Source: Candidatus Hermodarchaeota archaeon (GTDB taxonomy: Archaea > Asgardarchaeota > Heimdallarchaeia > Hodarchaeales > Hodarchaeaceae). Taken from it: a DNA stretch of 32,000 nt. Below, piece by piece: positions 15,705 through 24,899 of this stretch. A program made the position numbers and the translations under genes. How positions within the stretch are numbered: position 1 is the first letter of the stretch; each line of letters opens with the position of its first letter. The notes beneath the pieces are model-generated. The model searched no databases. It was given only the letters and a program-made list of their open reading frames with translations, and had not been told where the DNA came from. The stretch is from positions 9,139 to 41,138 of the forward strand of contig JBHLKY010000030.1 in assembly GCA_048886185.1 (NCBI GenBank). Direction: 5' to 3'.

Positions 15705-17534
15705 TTGAGTACACAAGTGTGGGATCTCATTGTAGTGGGAGGTGGGCCTGCTGGTCTTTCTGGTGCTATTCGTGCTGCAGAATTAGGCCTTCATGTCCTT
15801 GTCCTCGAGGCACGTTCTGGAGTCGCTACCGCAGGTAGTATGGTTGTGGATGGGTATCCTGGCTTTTTTAGTATTACTCGCCAAGAACTACTAGATAAGA
15901 TGGCTAAACAGGCGAAATATCATGCGACCATTAAGTATGCAGAGAAAGTTAGTAAACTTGAACTTCACGATCCTGTAAAAAGAGTTTACACACAGGTGAC
16001 CAAAGGAGAGTTCTTCACCGAAGAGTTCATATATGACAGTAGGGCTATATTAATCGCTACTGGGGTTCAACCAAGGAAACTTGATATTCCCGGTGAAGGA
16101 AAATTCTGGAATCGTGGTGTATATTACTCTCTTCCAGACGAAGATTACTCGGAAAAAAATGTTGCTATTATAGGGCATACAGCTTGGGCGGTTAGAAATG
16201 CACTTCATTATGATGCCATGGGCGCTCATGTTTACCTGATTACAAATAAGGAGGCAATTGATGTTCATCCTGCACTCATGAGAAGATTAAATGAGAGCTT
16301 TATTGAAGTTTTATACTCACATGAAATATTGTATTTTGAAGGTACAAATAAGTTAACTAAAACACGTCTTAAAAGTAGAGATGGAAAACAGTTTTCTATC
16401 CTTACTAACATGGTATTGATCTTAAGTAGCAAGAGTACAAATCGTGAATTATTCCTAGATGCTGGTTTAGAGACTACACCTCAAGGAAATATTATTGTTT
16501 CATCACCCAATCAGAACACAAATATCCCTGGTGTTTTTGCTGCCGGTAGTGCTATAAGAGGTGATTCAGTTGTGGGTGTGGGGGCTGCTGAAGGTATAAA
16601 AGCTGCAGAAGAAATATCTAAATATTTAGCTAGAATAGATGAAGAAAAGGAGGCTGAAGAACAACAAGAAAAGCCATCTCCTGTTCCTAGGTTCGTTGAA
16701 GGCAAATGTGTGATAGTTGAGAAAGAAGATCTTTCTCCAGAAATAGTCAAGTGGGTAGTTGAGGCACCTTTAATTGCAAAGAAAACTCAACCAGGCCAAT
16801 TTGTGATTCTCAGAGTAGATGCAAACGGAGAACGAATTCCTTTAACTATAGCAGATAATGACAAAAACGCTGGGACGATAACTTTGATTTTTCAAAAAGT
16901 CGGAAAAAGTACTAAATTAATGGGAACCATGAAAACAGGTGATCATATTCTTAATCTTCTAGGTCCCTTGGGAAAACCCGTTGAAATTGAGAAATGGGGT
17001 ACGGTGGCTGTTTTAGGTGGTGGTTGTGGTGTTGCCCCAGTACTACCTAAAGCTAAAGCACTTAAAGAGCGGGGGAATTATGTTGTGAGCATTATTTCAG
17101 CTAGAACTTCATCACTCTTGATTTGTCGTCAAGAGATGCAAGAAGCAAGTGATGAAATTCACATTGCTACTGATGATGGAACCTTAGGTCATCATGGGTT
17201 TGGACTTGATATCTTAAAACGTTTTGTGGAAGAAGGAAGACAGATAGATCATGTTGTAGCAGTTGGTCCTATTCCTATGATGAAATTCACTTGTGCTTTC
17301 ACTAAAGAACATAACATTCCAACAACTGTTAGTTTAGCACCTATCATGGTAGATGGGACTGGAATGTGTGGCTCTTGTCGCGTGACTGTGGGTGGTGAGA
17401 TTAAGTTTGCCTGTGTTGATGGTCCAAACTTTGATGGATTAAAAGTGGATTTTGAAGAATTAACCCTCAGATCAAGGGCTTATCTCTACGAGGAGCGAAT
17501 TTCAACAGAAAAAATGGCTCGTGAGAAATCTTAG
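15705..17534 (+). CDS. Fusion of a thioredoxin-reductase-like flavoprotein domain (no CxxC) and an Nfn small subunit
   Basis: N-half: DLIVVGGGPAG, ILIATG, IPGE..RGVYY, TNIPGVFAAG. Acidic linker EEKEAEEQQEKPSP. C-half: QPGQFV, ERIPLTIAD, GPLGKP, GGGCGVAP, MVDGTGMCGSCR, CVDGP. Start moved from 15615 to TTG 15705 (GGAG at 15692-15695). Confidence 0.9.
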   Translation: MSTQVWDLIVVGGGPAGLSGAIRAAELGLHVLVLEARSGVATAGSMVVDGYPGFFSITRQELLDKMAKQAKYHATIKYAEKVSKLELHDPVKRVYTQVTKGEFFTEEFIYDSRAILIATGVQPRKLDIPGEGKFWNRGVYYSLPDEDYSEKNVAIIGHTAWAVRNALHYDAMGAHVYLITNKEAIDVHPALMRRLNESFIEVLYSHEILYFEGTNKLTKTRLKSRDGKQFSILTNMVLILSSKSTNRELFLDAGLETTPQGNIIVSSPNQNTNIPGVFAAGSAIRGDSVVGVGAAEGIKAAEEISKYLARIDEEKEAEEQQEKPSPVPRFVEGKCVIVEKEDLSPEIVKWVVEAPLIAKKTQPGQFVILRVDANGERIPLTIADNDKNAGTITLIFQKVGKSTKLMGTMKTGDHILNLLGPLGKPVEIEKWGTVAVLGGGCGVAPVLPKAKALKERGNYVVSIISARTSSLLICRQEMQEASDEIHIATDDGTLGHHGFGLDILKRFVEEGRQIDHVVAVGPIPMMKFTCAFTKEHNIPTTVSLAPIMVDGTGMCGSCRVTVGGEIKFACVDGPNFDGLKVDFEELTLRSRAYLYEERISTEKMAREKS

Positions 17535-17548
17535 GAGGAACTAGAAAT

Positions 17549-18967
17549 ATGTCAACAAAAAAATCAAAAAGACAAAGAGTTCACATGCAAGCCCAAGACC
17601 CTGCCGAGCGAATTCGAAACTTTGAAGAGGTAACTTTAGGGTACACAGAGAGTGAGGCGATAGAGGAAGCTTCTCGCTGTCTCCAGTGTAAACGCCCACG
17701 CTGTATCCAAGGATGCCCTGTTAGTGTGCGAATACCCGAGTTCATTTTAAAGTTAAGGGAGGGTGATATTGATACGGCAAAAGAAATAATTTTATCTACA
17801 AATAGTCTACCTGCCATCACGGGACGAGTTTGTCCGCAAGAAAATCAATGTCAGGAGTTCTGCATTCACCCTAATGCAATAAGTATCGGTGCACTCGAAA
17901 GATTTGTTGCTGATCATGGAAAACGACCTGAAGTCTCCTCTCGTGAGAAATATCCAACTAAGGTTGCAGTAGTTGGATCTGGTCCATCGGGATTGACTTG
18001 TGCAGCTGAGTTAGCAAATCTTGGTCATGAAGTAACCGTTTATGAGGCACTACATGAGCTTGGTGGAGTTCTGAGATATGGTATTCCTGAATTTAGAATG
18101 CCAAAGAAGATAGTGAATGAAGAAATAGATTATGTAAGAAGCTTAGGAGTTAAATTAGATACAGATATATTGATTGGAAAGACATTAACAGTCGATGAGC
18201 TTCTAAATGAAAAAGGATTCAATGCTGTATATATTGCAGCGGGTGCAGGAACCCCCAACTTTCTTGGTATCCTAGGGGAGACCTTAAGAGGTGTTTTTTC
18301 CGCAAATGAATTTTTAACTCGCGTTAATCTTCTAAAAGGGTATGAATTTCCAGAATATGACACTCCTGTAACTGTTGGAGAAAAAGTTGCTGTCGTTGGG
18401 GCAGGAAACGTAGCAATGGACTGTGCGCGAACAGCACTCCGTTTAGGAGCTCGTGAAGTCGATATTATTTATCGTCGCTCTGAAGGGGAAATACCCGCAA
18501 GATTAGAAGAAATTATCCACGCGAAAGAAGAGGGAGTTGTCATAGGGGAGCTAACATCTCCGATTGAAATGCTTGGTAATAAAAAAGGAATGATAATTGG
18601 ACTAAAGTGTATTCAAATGACTTTAGGACAATTGGATGAGTCTGGTCGTCGAAGACCAATCCCCATCCCTAACTCCGATTTTATTTTCCCTGTGGATACT
18701 GTGATAGTAGCCATTGGTCAGCGACCCAACCAGTTAATAGCTCAAACCACTTCAGAGCTAGAAACTACAAAATGGGGAACTATTGTACATGAAAAAGAAA
18801 CAGGAAAGACTACTAAGGAACGTGTATATACTGGAGGCGATGTTGCTACTGGAGCAGCAACTGTTATTTTAGCTATGGAAGCTGGTCGAAATGCTGCTAA
18901 AGCAATTCATAAGATGATTCTTGAGAAAGATTTGGAAATTCAAACTGAGTTAATACAAACCGAATAA
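17549..18967 (+). CDS. nfnB: Second Nfn large subunit (NfnB/SudA, GltD-like), standard length
   Basis: CLQCKRPRCIQGCPV, GRVCPQENQCQEFC, GSGPSGL, YGIPEFRMP, GAGNVAMD, YRRS, YTGGDVATG. GGAGG upstream. Confidence 0.93.
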   Translation: MSTKKSKRQRVHMQAQDPAERIRNFEEVTLGYTESEAIEEASRCLQCKRPRCIQGCPVSVRIPEFILKLREGDIDTAKEIILSTNSLPAITGRVCPQENQCQEFCIHPNAISIGALERFVADHGKRPEVSSREKYPTKVAVVGSGPSGLTCAAELANLGHEVTVYEALHELGGVLRYGIPEFRMPKKIVNEEIDYVRSLGVKLDTDILIGKTLTVDELLNEKGFNAVYIAAGAGTPNFLGILGETLRGVFSANEFLTRVNLLKGYEFPEYDTPVTVGEKVAVVGAGNVAMDCARTALRLGAREVDIIYRRSEGEIPARLEEIIHAKEEGVVIGELTSPIEMLGNKKGMIIGLKCIQMTLGQLDESGRRRPIPIPNSDFIFPVDTVIVAIGQRPNQLIAQTTSELETTKWGTIVHEKETGKTTKERVYTGGDVATGAATVILAMEAGRNAAKAIHKMILEKDLEIQTELIQTE

Positions 18968-19073
18968 GCAAATTTAATCTAAAAATATATGTCTTATAAT
19001 CAACAGCTACCTTATATTGTGGATTAATTTAATAACCATATTCATGAGTGAATATTCCTAAAAGGTTAATTGG

Positions 19074-19571
19074 GTGGTGTTAATGAAAAATAAATGGCGA
19101 GTAATGCCCAAACGTGTAGGAAGGAGTCGAAAAATTCAAGTTAGGCAGTTTGAACCAGAAGAAATATGGATAGAATATGAACTAGATGTTGAAGATGCTT
19201 CATTAGCGAATGATGCTGTTCGAGAAGCAACTAAATTAGCAATTGCTTATCTAAATGAGGAGGAGGCCAAATTACGAGGTAAAAAATTTCCAAGGGAAGA
19301 GAAAATGGAAGAAAAACCTTTTATTGAATATTATCTTAAAATAACTGATGAAGGGAAGAACCTTGGTAATTTTCGTATAAAGCCATCAGATGACCCACAA
19401 TTCGCAAATTTCATACATTTATGGTTAGAAAAGGATCAACAAGAGTTTTATGTAGGTTTTTTACGCAAAGATACTGGAGAGTTCAAATTCAAGTCGAAAA
19501 ACAAAGAATTAATCCAAAAATATGGGATCAAGAAAGACCAACATTTTCAAATTGTTGAGTCTAAAAATTGA
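19074..19571 (+). CDS. Hypothetical protein, apparently two small domains
   Basis: Open 165-aa frame with protein-like composition. Start uncertain. No family recognised. Confidence 0.65.
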   Translation: MVLMKNKWRVMPKRVGRSRKIQVRQFEPEEIWIEYELDVEDASLANDAVREATKLAIAYLNEEEAKLRGKKFPREEKMEEKPFIEYYLKITDEGKNLGNFRIKPSDDPQFANFIHLWLEKDQQEFYVGFLRKDTGEFKFKSKNKELIQKYGIKKDQHFQIVESKN

Positions 19572-19766
19572 TAATTCATTTGGGAGCTTTCAGTTCTTCA
19601 GCTAGATTATGCAAGTGTAGTTTTCTTTTTGATTTCAGGGATTCTTAGGATTCGCCCAATTTTGAATAAAAATGAAACATGATTATGATTGTTAATAAAA
19701 TAATTAAAACATTGATTCAACATAATTTTATCAAATCCCTCAAGTTAGAAAGCAATATAACAAGTT

Positions 19767-20075
19767 TTATTTTGATATTTGTTTTAAAATATGTCTGAGA
19801 TTATTGATATAATCTTTAAAAGCAAGCTCGCCTTGTTTAGTTATTTCAACAATCTTCAATGGTCGTCCAGTAAGTATTGATTTACGTGTCTTTACATAAT
19901 TTACTCCTTCAAGTCTTTTTATGTGAAAATCTAAGTTACCAGGTGTTAAATGTAGGAGTTTTTGTAATTCAGTGAAACCAACATTTTTATGGGCATATAG
20001 GATTAACATAATTGGAAATCGAACTGATGTGGGAAAAATTTCATTATTTGGGGGTATACGATCAGTATTTTCCAT
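19767..20075 (-). CDS. Winged-helix transcriptional regulator (ArsR/MarR-like)
   Basis: VRFPIMLIL..FTELQKLLHLTPGNLDFHIKRLE..YVKTRK..EITKQGELAF. Confidence 0.88.
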   Translation of the reverse strand: MENTDRIPPNNEIFPTSVRFPIMLILYAHKNVGFTELQKLLHLTPGNLDFHIKRLEGVNYVKTRKSILTGRPLKIVEITKQGELAFKDYINNLRHILKQISK

Positions 20076-20094
20076 ACTATGAATCCCCTATGAA

Positions 20095-20829
20095 TCATTC
20101 TTGAAATCCAGAGTCTCTTTCGAGAATTAAATGTGCTTTTTTGATAAGATAATAACCACAGATAAAGTAACTTATTAAAAAGATGAATAGATTGCTTATA
20201 ATGCCTAAATTGAAAGGTATATATGATCCTTGAAAATTAATATTAATAAGGATCCAATTAAAATCAATTAATTCATCAAAAAAGTACAAAATCATAAAAA
20301 CACTGGCAAAAAAAATTAGAATTAATCCCAAATAAAGGATTTCTTTAAAGTTTTTGAATTCCACAATTTTTTTTAGAAAATAATACGAGATTAGGCAACC
20401 TAAACCTCCACTCCATAAATAATTGACTGTAAATTGAGAAAAAGGAGTTAATATTAAGGCAGAGGGAAAAACGTACATGAAAAATAATGCAAAACCCAGA
20501 AAAGCATACCGATGAAAATGTAGTCCATTTTCGTCAATGGTTGTCTTTTTGACAGAAAAATATGTTAAAATCGTGAGAAAAAAGCATAATAATAGAGGAA
20601 TAATAGTGGAGAATAGAAGTAAATAATAATAAAGATTTAAATTCCCAATGATTCGCAATGCCTTAAAGGGATCAGTAGGTTCATAAAAGAGGATATATTG
20701 TAAAATTGCAGCAATAAAATTAGTAACACCAATTATTATTATCATAAATCCCAATGATTTTCTTATTTGATATTCTTCAAATTGATACAAGAGTTGAAAA
20801 CCTTTAGTTACTTCTTCAATATCTGGCAT
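20095..20829 (-). CDS. Integral membrane protein (about 6 TM) upstream of the wHTH gene
   Basis: Multiple long hydrophobic segments. Its stop lies 19 nt before the regulator's start, suggesting an operon. Confidence 0.8.
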   Translation of the reverse strand: MPDIEEVTKGFQLLYQFEEYQIRKSLGFMIIIIGVTNFIAAILQYILFYEPTDPFKALRIIGNLNLYYYLLLFSTIIPLLLCFFLTILTYFSVKKTTIDENGLHFHRYAFLGFALFFMYVFPSALILTPFSQFTVNYLWSGGLGCLISYYFLKKIVEFKNFKEILYLGLILIFFASVFMILYFFDELIDFNWILININFQGSYIPFNLGIISNLFIFLISYFICGYYLIKKAHLILERDSGFQE

Positions 20830-21190
20830 TTAAATCACAAAACAAATCTTATGGAACAATCATTCTAAGTTTTATAAGATTATTATATTCTCTGTTTGCC
20901 AGAATAGAGTAGGTAAATGATACTAAATGGGTCCATCTTCAATTCAATCAGAGAAATACATAAAGTATTTGGTAATCTTTCTTGGGTTTTTTAAACCAAG
21001 TCAAAGAATAAAGAATTAATATATGGAATCAAGAGGGAACTACATTTACAAATTGTGATGCAATAAGATAATTCTATCAAAATCCAGAATTTAAGGCACA
21101 AAAAAGTAAAGATTTTAAAATCATGCAAACATTAATTCAATCGATTTCACTAATTAAGTTGTAATTCCAATTGAAATTTGAGTTGATAAT

Positions 21191-22108
21191 ATGAGTCATG
21201 TTCGTTCTGCTATTCGTGCTGGTAGTTGGTATTCGGGGCAGAAAGATCGTTTAGTTCAAGAGATCCATAACATGTACCTCCACGAAGTAGGTCCAGGGAG
21301 AAGACCAGTAGCGTTTAATCAAAGAAAAGAAGTTAAGAATGTTCTTGGGGTAGTTTCTCCTCATGCAGGTTATGCTTGTTCCGCCCCTACAGCTTCCCAT
21401 GGCTTTCTGGCAATAGCTGAAGATCGAAGAGAAGTCGATACAGTCATACTTCTTGGTAATAAACATACACACCGAGGGCCAGAAATTTCCGTTGCCTCTT
21501 TTGATGCCTGGGAAACACCCCTTGGCTTAGTTGGGGTTAATAAGTCGTTGTTAAAAAGAATTATTGAGAATAAACACCAATTGAGCAAGCAGCTCGCGTT
21601 AATGATTGATTTTGATGATACAGCTCATAAGGATGAGCATTCAATCGAATTGCAGATACCATTCATCCAAGATATATTTTCAAAGGTTAAAATTGCTCCA
21701 ATAGCCGTAGGTCATCTTCCAACAAACCTTACACAATCTTTTGGCTATTATTTAGCTGAAATGATAAAACAGGAGGGGATTGAAAATTCAACTGTAGCTA
21801 TTGCGAGCACTGATATGACTCATGGTAACTATTTTCCTATGTTAAATCATGACCAAGTTTCTTCACTCGATAGATTAGCTCTAGTTCCAATATTAAATCG
21901 CGATCCTGAAGCATTAGAGGACGCTGTCCAGAAAAATAATATATCAATGTGTGGTGTGGGGCCTGTAAAGGTTCTTCTTTCAATGACAGAAAAATTAGGA
22001 GCAAAATCCGCTAAATTATTAAATTATGCAACCAGTGGTTTGACTTGTGGTTCTAGAAGTGCTGTAGTTGGCTATGCATCAATTGCAGTTTTAAAAAGCG
22101 ATATTTAA
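21191..22108 (+). CDS. amrB: MEMO1-family protein (AmmeMemoRadiSam protein B)
   Basis: AGSWY, VSPHAGY, LLGNKH, WETPLG, EHSIELQIPF, ASTDMTH, SMCGVGP, YATSG, VVGYASI. Confidence 0.93.
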   Translation: MSHVRSAIRAGSWYSGQKDRLVQEIHNMYLHEVGPGRRPVAFNQRKEVKNVLGVVSPHAGYACSAPTASHGFLAIAEDRREVDTVILLGNKHTHRGPEISVASFDAWETPLGLVGVNKSLLKRIIENKHQLSKQLALMIDFDDTAHKDEHSIELQIPFIQDIFSKVKIAPIAVGHLPTNLTQSFGYYLAEMIKQEGIENSTVAIASTDMTHGNYFPMLNHDQVSSLDRLALVPILNRDPEALEDAVQKNNISMCGVGPVKVLLSMTEKLGAKSAKLLNYATSGLTCGSRSAVVGYASIAVLKSDI

Positions 22109-22137
22109 AAAACAACAGTATAAAAGGAAACGGTCCT

Positions 22138-23112
22138 TTGGAACCTCCCAATATAATCCTTGTTATAGGTAAAGTGGCTTACCATTTCGACTTCTCTATA
22201 AATAACGAATTTCTTACAATCACAGACCCTGATACTAAGAATCCTACTACAACTGCTGCTGATGTTAAGCGAATATTCAATGGAATGGGAGCAAATATTG
22301 CATATGGTTTAGCCATTCTCGGTTCTTCTCCAATCCTAGTAACGCAAGTGGGGCGTGATTTTGATTGGTTTTATCTTCCACATTTGAGAAGTGTAGGCAT
22401 TGACGTGAGACCATTTATTGACCCAGAAAAAGAAACAGCTTGTAAATACACGATAAAAGACAATCATAACCATATTATCAATATTTTTCAAGAAAATAGT
22501 TATCATTTCTTTGCTGAAAGAGAATTAGAAGCCAATTTAGATTTAAATGAGTTTCAAGACCTGAATGTTGTATTCATTGGAACAGGAAAAGTCGAAGCTG
22601 ATACAAAATTTGTTTCCAAGATTAATAAGCTAAATAAAAAACTTCCAATCATCTATTCTCCCGATTCTAATGTACATGAATTGACTAAGTGGAGAATAAC
22701 GCAAATATTCGATAAAATCTCAGTCCTAGTTTGTACAGAAGACGAACTGAGACTGATTGAAGATCGGATGAAACAACCATGCGATGAAATATTACAAAAT
22801 TCACAACGGTTAAAATATATTGTTTCAATGATACAGCGTTCACGAATCCTCATTTTTTCAAAGGAATTTAAACTAAAAATATCTGAAGGACCTGCAGAAG
22901 AAGTCCTTTCCGAAAATGCATGGTATGATGCTTTCCGTGCTGGACTTACATATGGTATTGCATTAAAGAAACCAATTGAGGAGGCAGCTAAAATTGCATC
23001 AGCTTTGGCATCCTACGCAGTTGAGACTCGTGAGAATCAAAAATATTCTCCTAGTCTAGAACAGGTATCACTTCGTGCTTTCGAGGTAAAAACAACACAA
23101 AAAGAGAAGTAA
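22138..23112 (+). CDS. PfkB/ribokinase-family protein, nucleoside-kinase-like, with degenerate anion-hole motif
   Basis: GMGANIAYGLAILG (signature 1), VGRDF, and C-terminal DAFRAGLTYG..AAKIASALASYAVE. The expected DxxGAGD reads ENAWYD. Confidence 0.78.
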   Translation: MEPPNIILVIGKVAYHFDFSINNEFLTITDPDTKNPTTTAADVKRIFNGMGANIAYGLAILGSSPILVTQVGRDFDWFYLPHLRSVGIDVRPFIDPEKETACKYTIKDNHNHIINIFQENSYHFFAERELEANLDLNEFQDLNVVFIGTGKVEADTKFVSKINKLNKKLPIIYSPDSNVHELTKWRITQIFDKISVLVCTEDELRLIEDRMKQPCDEILQNSQRLKYIVSMIQRSRILIFSKEFKLKISEGPAEEVLSENAWYDAFRAGLTYGIALKKPIEEAAKIASALASYAVETRENQKYSPSLEQVSLRAFEVKTTQKEK

Positions 23113-23138
23113 CTTCATAAGGAAAAGTTGAAAATATT

Positions 23139-24119
23139 CTAGGAAGAAAAATTCGGGACATAAGATTTTGCTAAATCATAATATTGGCTTGAAATTGTTA
23201 TCTGCTCTTCTTTTTTCTCTGCATTGGATTCATTCATGCCTTGAAATCCATAAACTTTTCCTCTGACATAAGCTCGATAACATTTAAAGAAGTCTACAAT
23301 CTCTATTAATAGCTCATCTCCACTATAATCTATATATTTGTCTATAAATTTTTTGGACAAATCAGACTCTCCCCAAAAGTCGAGATCCATTGCTAGAAAG
23401 CCTACATCTTCGCATACATCCCCATAGCGTAGTAAAGGGTTAAATTCAATGCAATCAAAAATTTTGATTTCATTATTTGGTAGAATGAAAATATTATTGC
23501 TACATAGATCGCCATGGTTATCTGTTATCCGATTATCATTAATACGTTCCTGAAATAACCCCTGATTTCCCCGCATGAACCCAAAGATATGATCTTGGAA
23601 TTCTTTGCTTTCGGTTCGAAATTGAGAGGTAGTTCGAAAGTTCTCATCCCATTTTTCCCATATATATTTCAATTTACCCCATTCAGGAACTTTTTTGGTG
23701 TTTTCATGAAAAGTGGCTAGAATTTTCGCAGTTTTCTCAATCGCAGAGGTAGAAATATCCTTTTTCATTAACAAATTTTGCATAAGACAACTTTCTGGAA
23801 GTTGTTTCATTTGTACTCCATACTCTATGATCTCTCCTGGTTCGTTGATTTTACCCTCTGAGTTTATTGAGAAGACATCAATATAGATATCAGGAGAAAA
23901 TCGTCTATTTAGTTTAAGTTCTTTATAGCAATATTTTTTTCGAAGATCTAAGGTTGAAAAGTCGAGAATATCTCCAAACTTAACTGGTTTTTTTACCTTA
24001 TAGGCAAAAGATCCTGTTAAAAATACCCATGAAATGTGAGTTTCTCGCACTTCTAGCGTTTCTACTGAGTAAATGGTAGCCAAAGCTTCCTTAAACATAT
24101 TAGGATGAAAAAGTGTCAA
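23139..24119 (-). CDS. Aminoglycoside-phosphotransferase-like kinase domain protein
   Basis: ETHISWVFLTG, AYKVKKPV, DFSTL, ELKLNRR, HGDLCSNNI, FDCIEFN, DVCEDVGFLAMDL. Confidence 0.88.
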   Translation of the reverse strand: MTLFHPNMFKEALATIYSVETLEVRETHISWVFLTGSFAYKVKKPVKFGDILDFSTLDLRKKYCYKELKLNRRFSPDIYIDVFSINSEGKINEPGEIIEYGVQMKQLPESCLMQNLLMKKDISTSAIEKTAKILATFHENTKKVPEWGKLKYIWEKWDENFRTTSQFRTESKEFQDHIFGFMRGNQGLFQERINDNRITDNHGDLCSNNIFILPNNEIKIFDCIEFNPLLRYGDVCEDVGFLAMDLDFWGESDLSKKFIDKYIDYSGDELLIEIVDFFKCYRAYVRGKVYGFQGMNESNAEKKEEQITISSQYYDLAKSYVPNFSS

Positions 24120-24648
24120 TATATGTTTTCACTTCCTGAAGAATAATTGCTAGATCCCTCCCTGTATCAATTTCTAAGTGAGGAATGGTTATAGGCTCAA
24201 ATCTCTCTTTGATTTCCAAGTAAATGCTGAAATCAGCATCACTGGCATCATTTCCATGTAATTTTCGTTTATCTATCCTTTGTTTAATTATCTCTTCTGA
24301 ACATATGGTTCTAATAACGATTAATTTCTCATTTAATTGTTGACAAATATCGAAAAGAGGCTGCCTTTTTGTTTGGGAATAAAAGGTACCATCTACTATT
24401 ACAGAGAGTTTTTGCTGGAGGAGAAAATCAGTAATTAGATATAATGCGTTATATACCAAATCGCGTTTTTCTTGTGTGTATAACTTGTCACCAAATGGGA
24501 CATAATTATGATGAGAGAAATCAAAGAGTTTTCTTCTTACTATATCGGTACTCAGATAAATTAGTTGAGCTGAAGGAGAATGAGACAGTTCTTTCGCTAG
24601 ACTTGTTTTACCTGTTCCTGGTAGGCCCAATATAACGATCAAAGGCAT
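24100..24648 (-). CDS. P-loop (AAA_33-like) predicted kinase
   Basis: GLPGTGKTS, STDIVRRKL, VIVDGTF, SDADFSIY. Overlaps the downstream kinase gene by 20 nt. Confidence 0.88.
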   Translation of the reverse strand: MPLIVILGLPGTGKTSLAKELSHSPSAQLIYLSTDIVRRKLFDFSHHNYVPFGDKLYTQEKRDLVYNALYLITDFLLQQKLSVIVDGTFYSQTKRQPLFDICQQLNEKLIVIRTICSEEIIKQRIDKRKLHGNDASDADFSIYLEIKERFEPITIPHLEIDTGRDLAIILQEVKTYIDTFSS

Positions 24649-24899
24649 TTATACCAATTCTCTCATTATGATAATCTAATCACAACACATTTTCTAAGAT
24701 GTGCCAGAATCAGTAGAATTTTTAATTCTGAAAATTTTTTTCTGTTGAGATGAATACACAAGAGACATCATTACCTATTTATTGTCTAAAAATCTCACAA
24801 TAAAATAACTACTCAGGTAGATCTCTGCCCTCTTCAAAATCCAACCCTATCTTTGTTTTTTGTGGAATTTCCACTTTAAAAGATTTGATAAACCAAACC

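Noticed and set aside
19325-19380. YYLKITDE in the 19074 protein resembling YFLKIEDE of the shared domain
   Set aside because: The upstream anchors (N-x-S, FF, W-x3-E) are absent, so this is probably a chance hairpin similarity.
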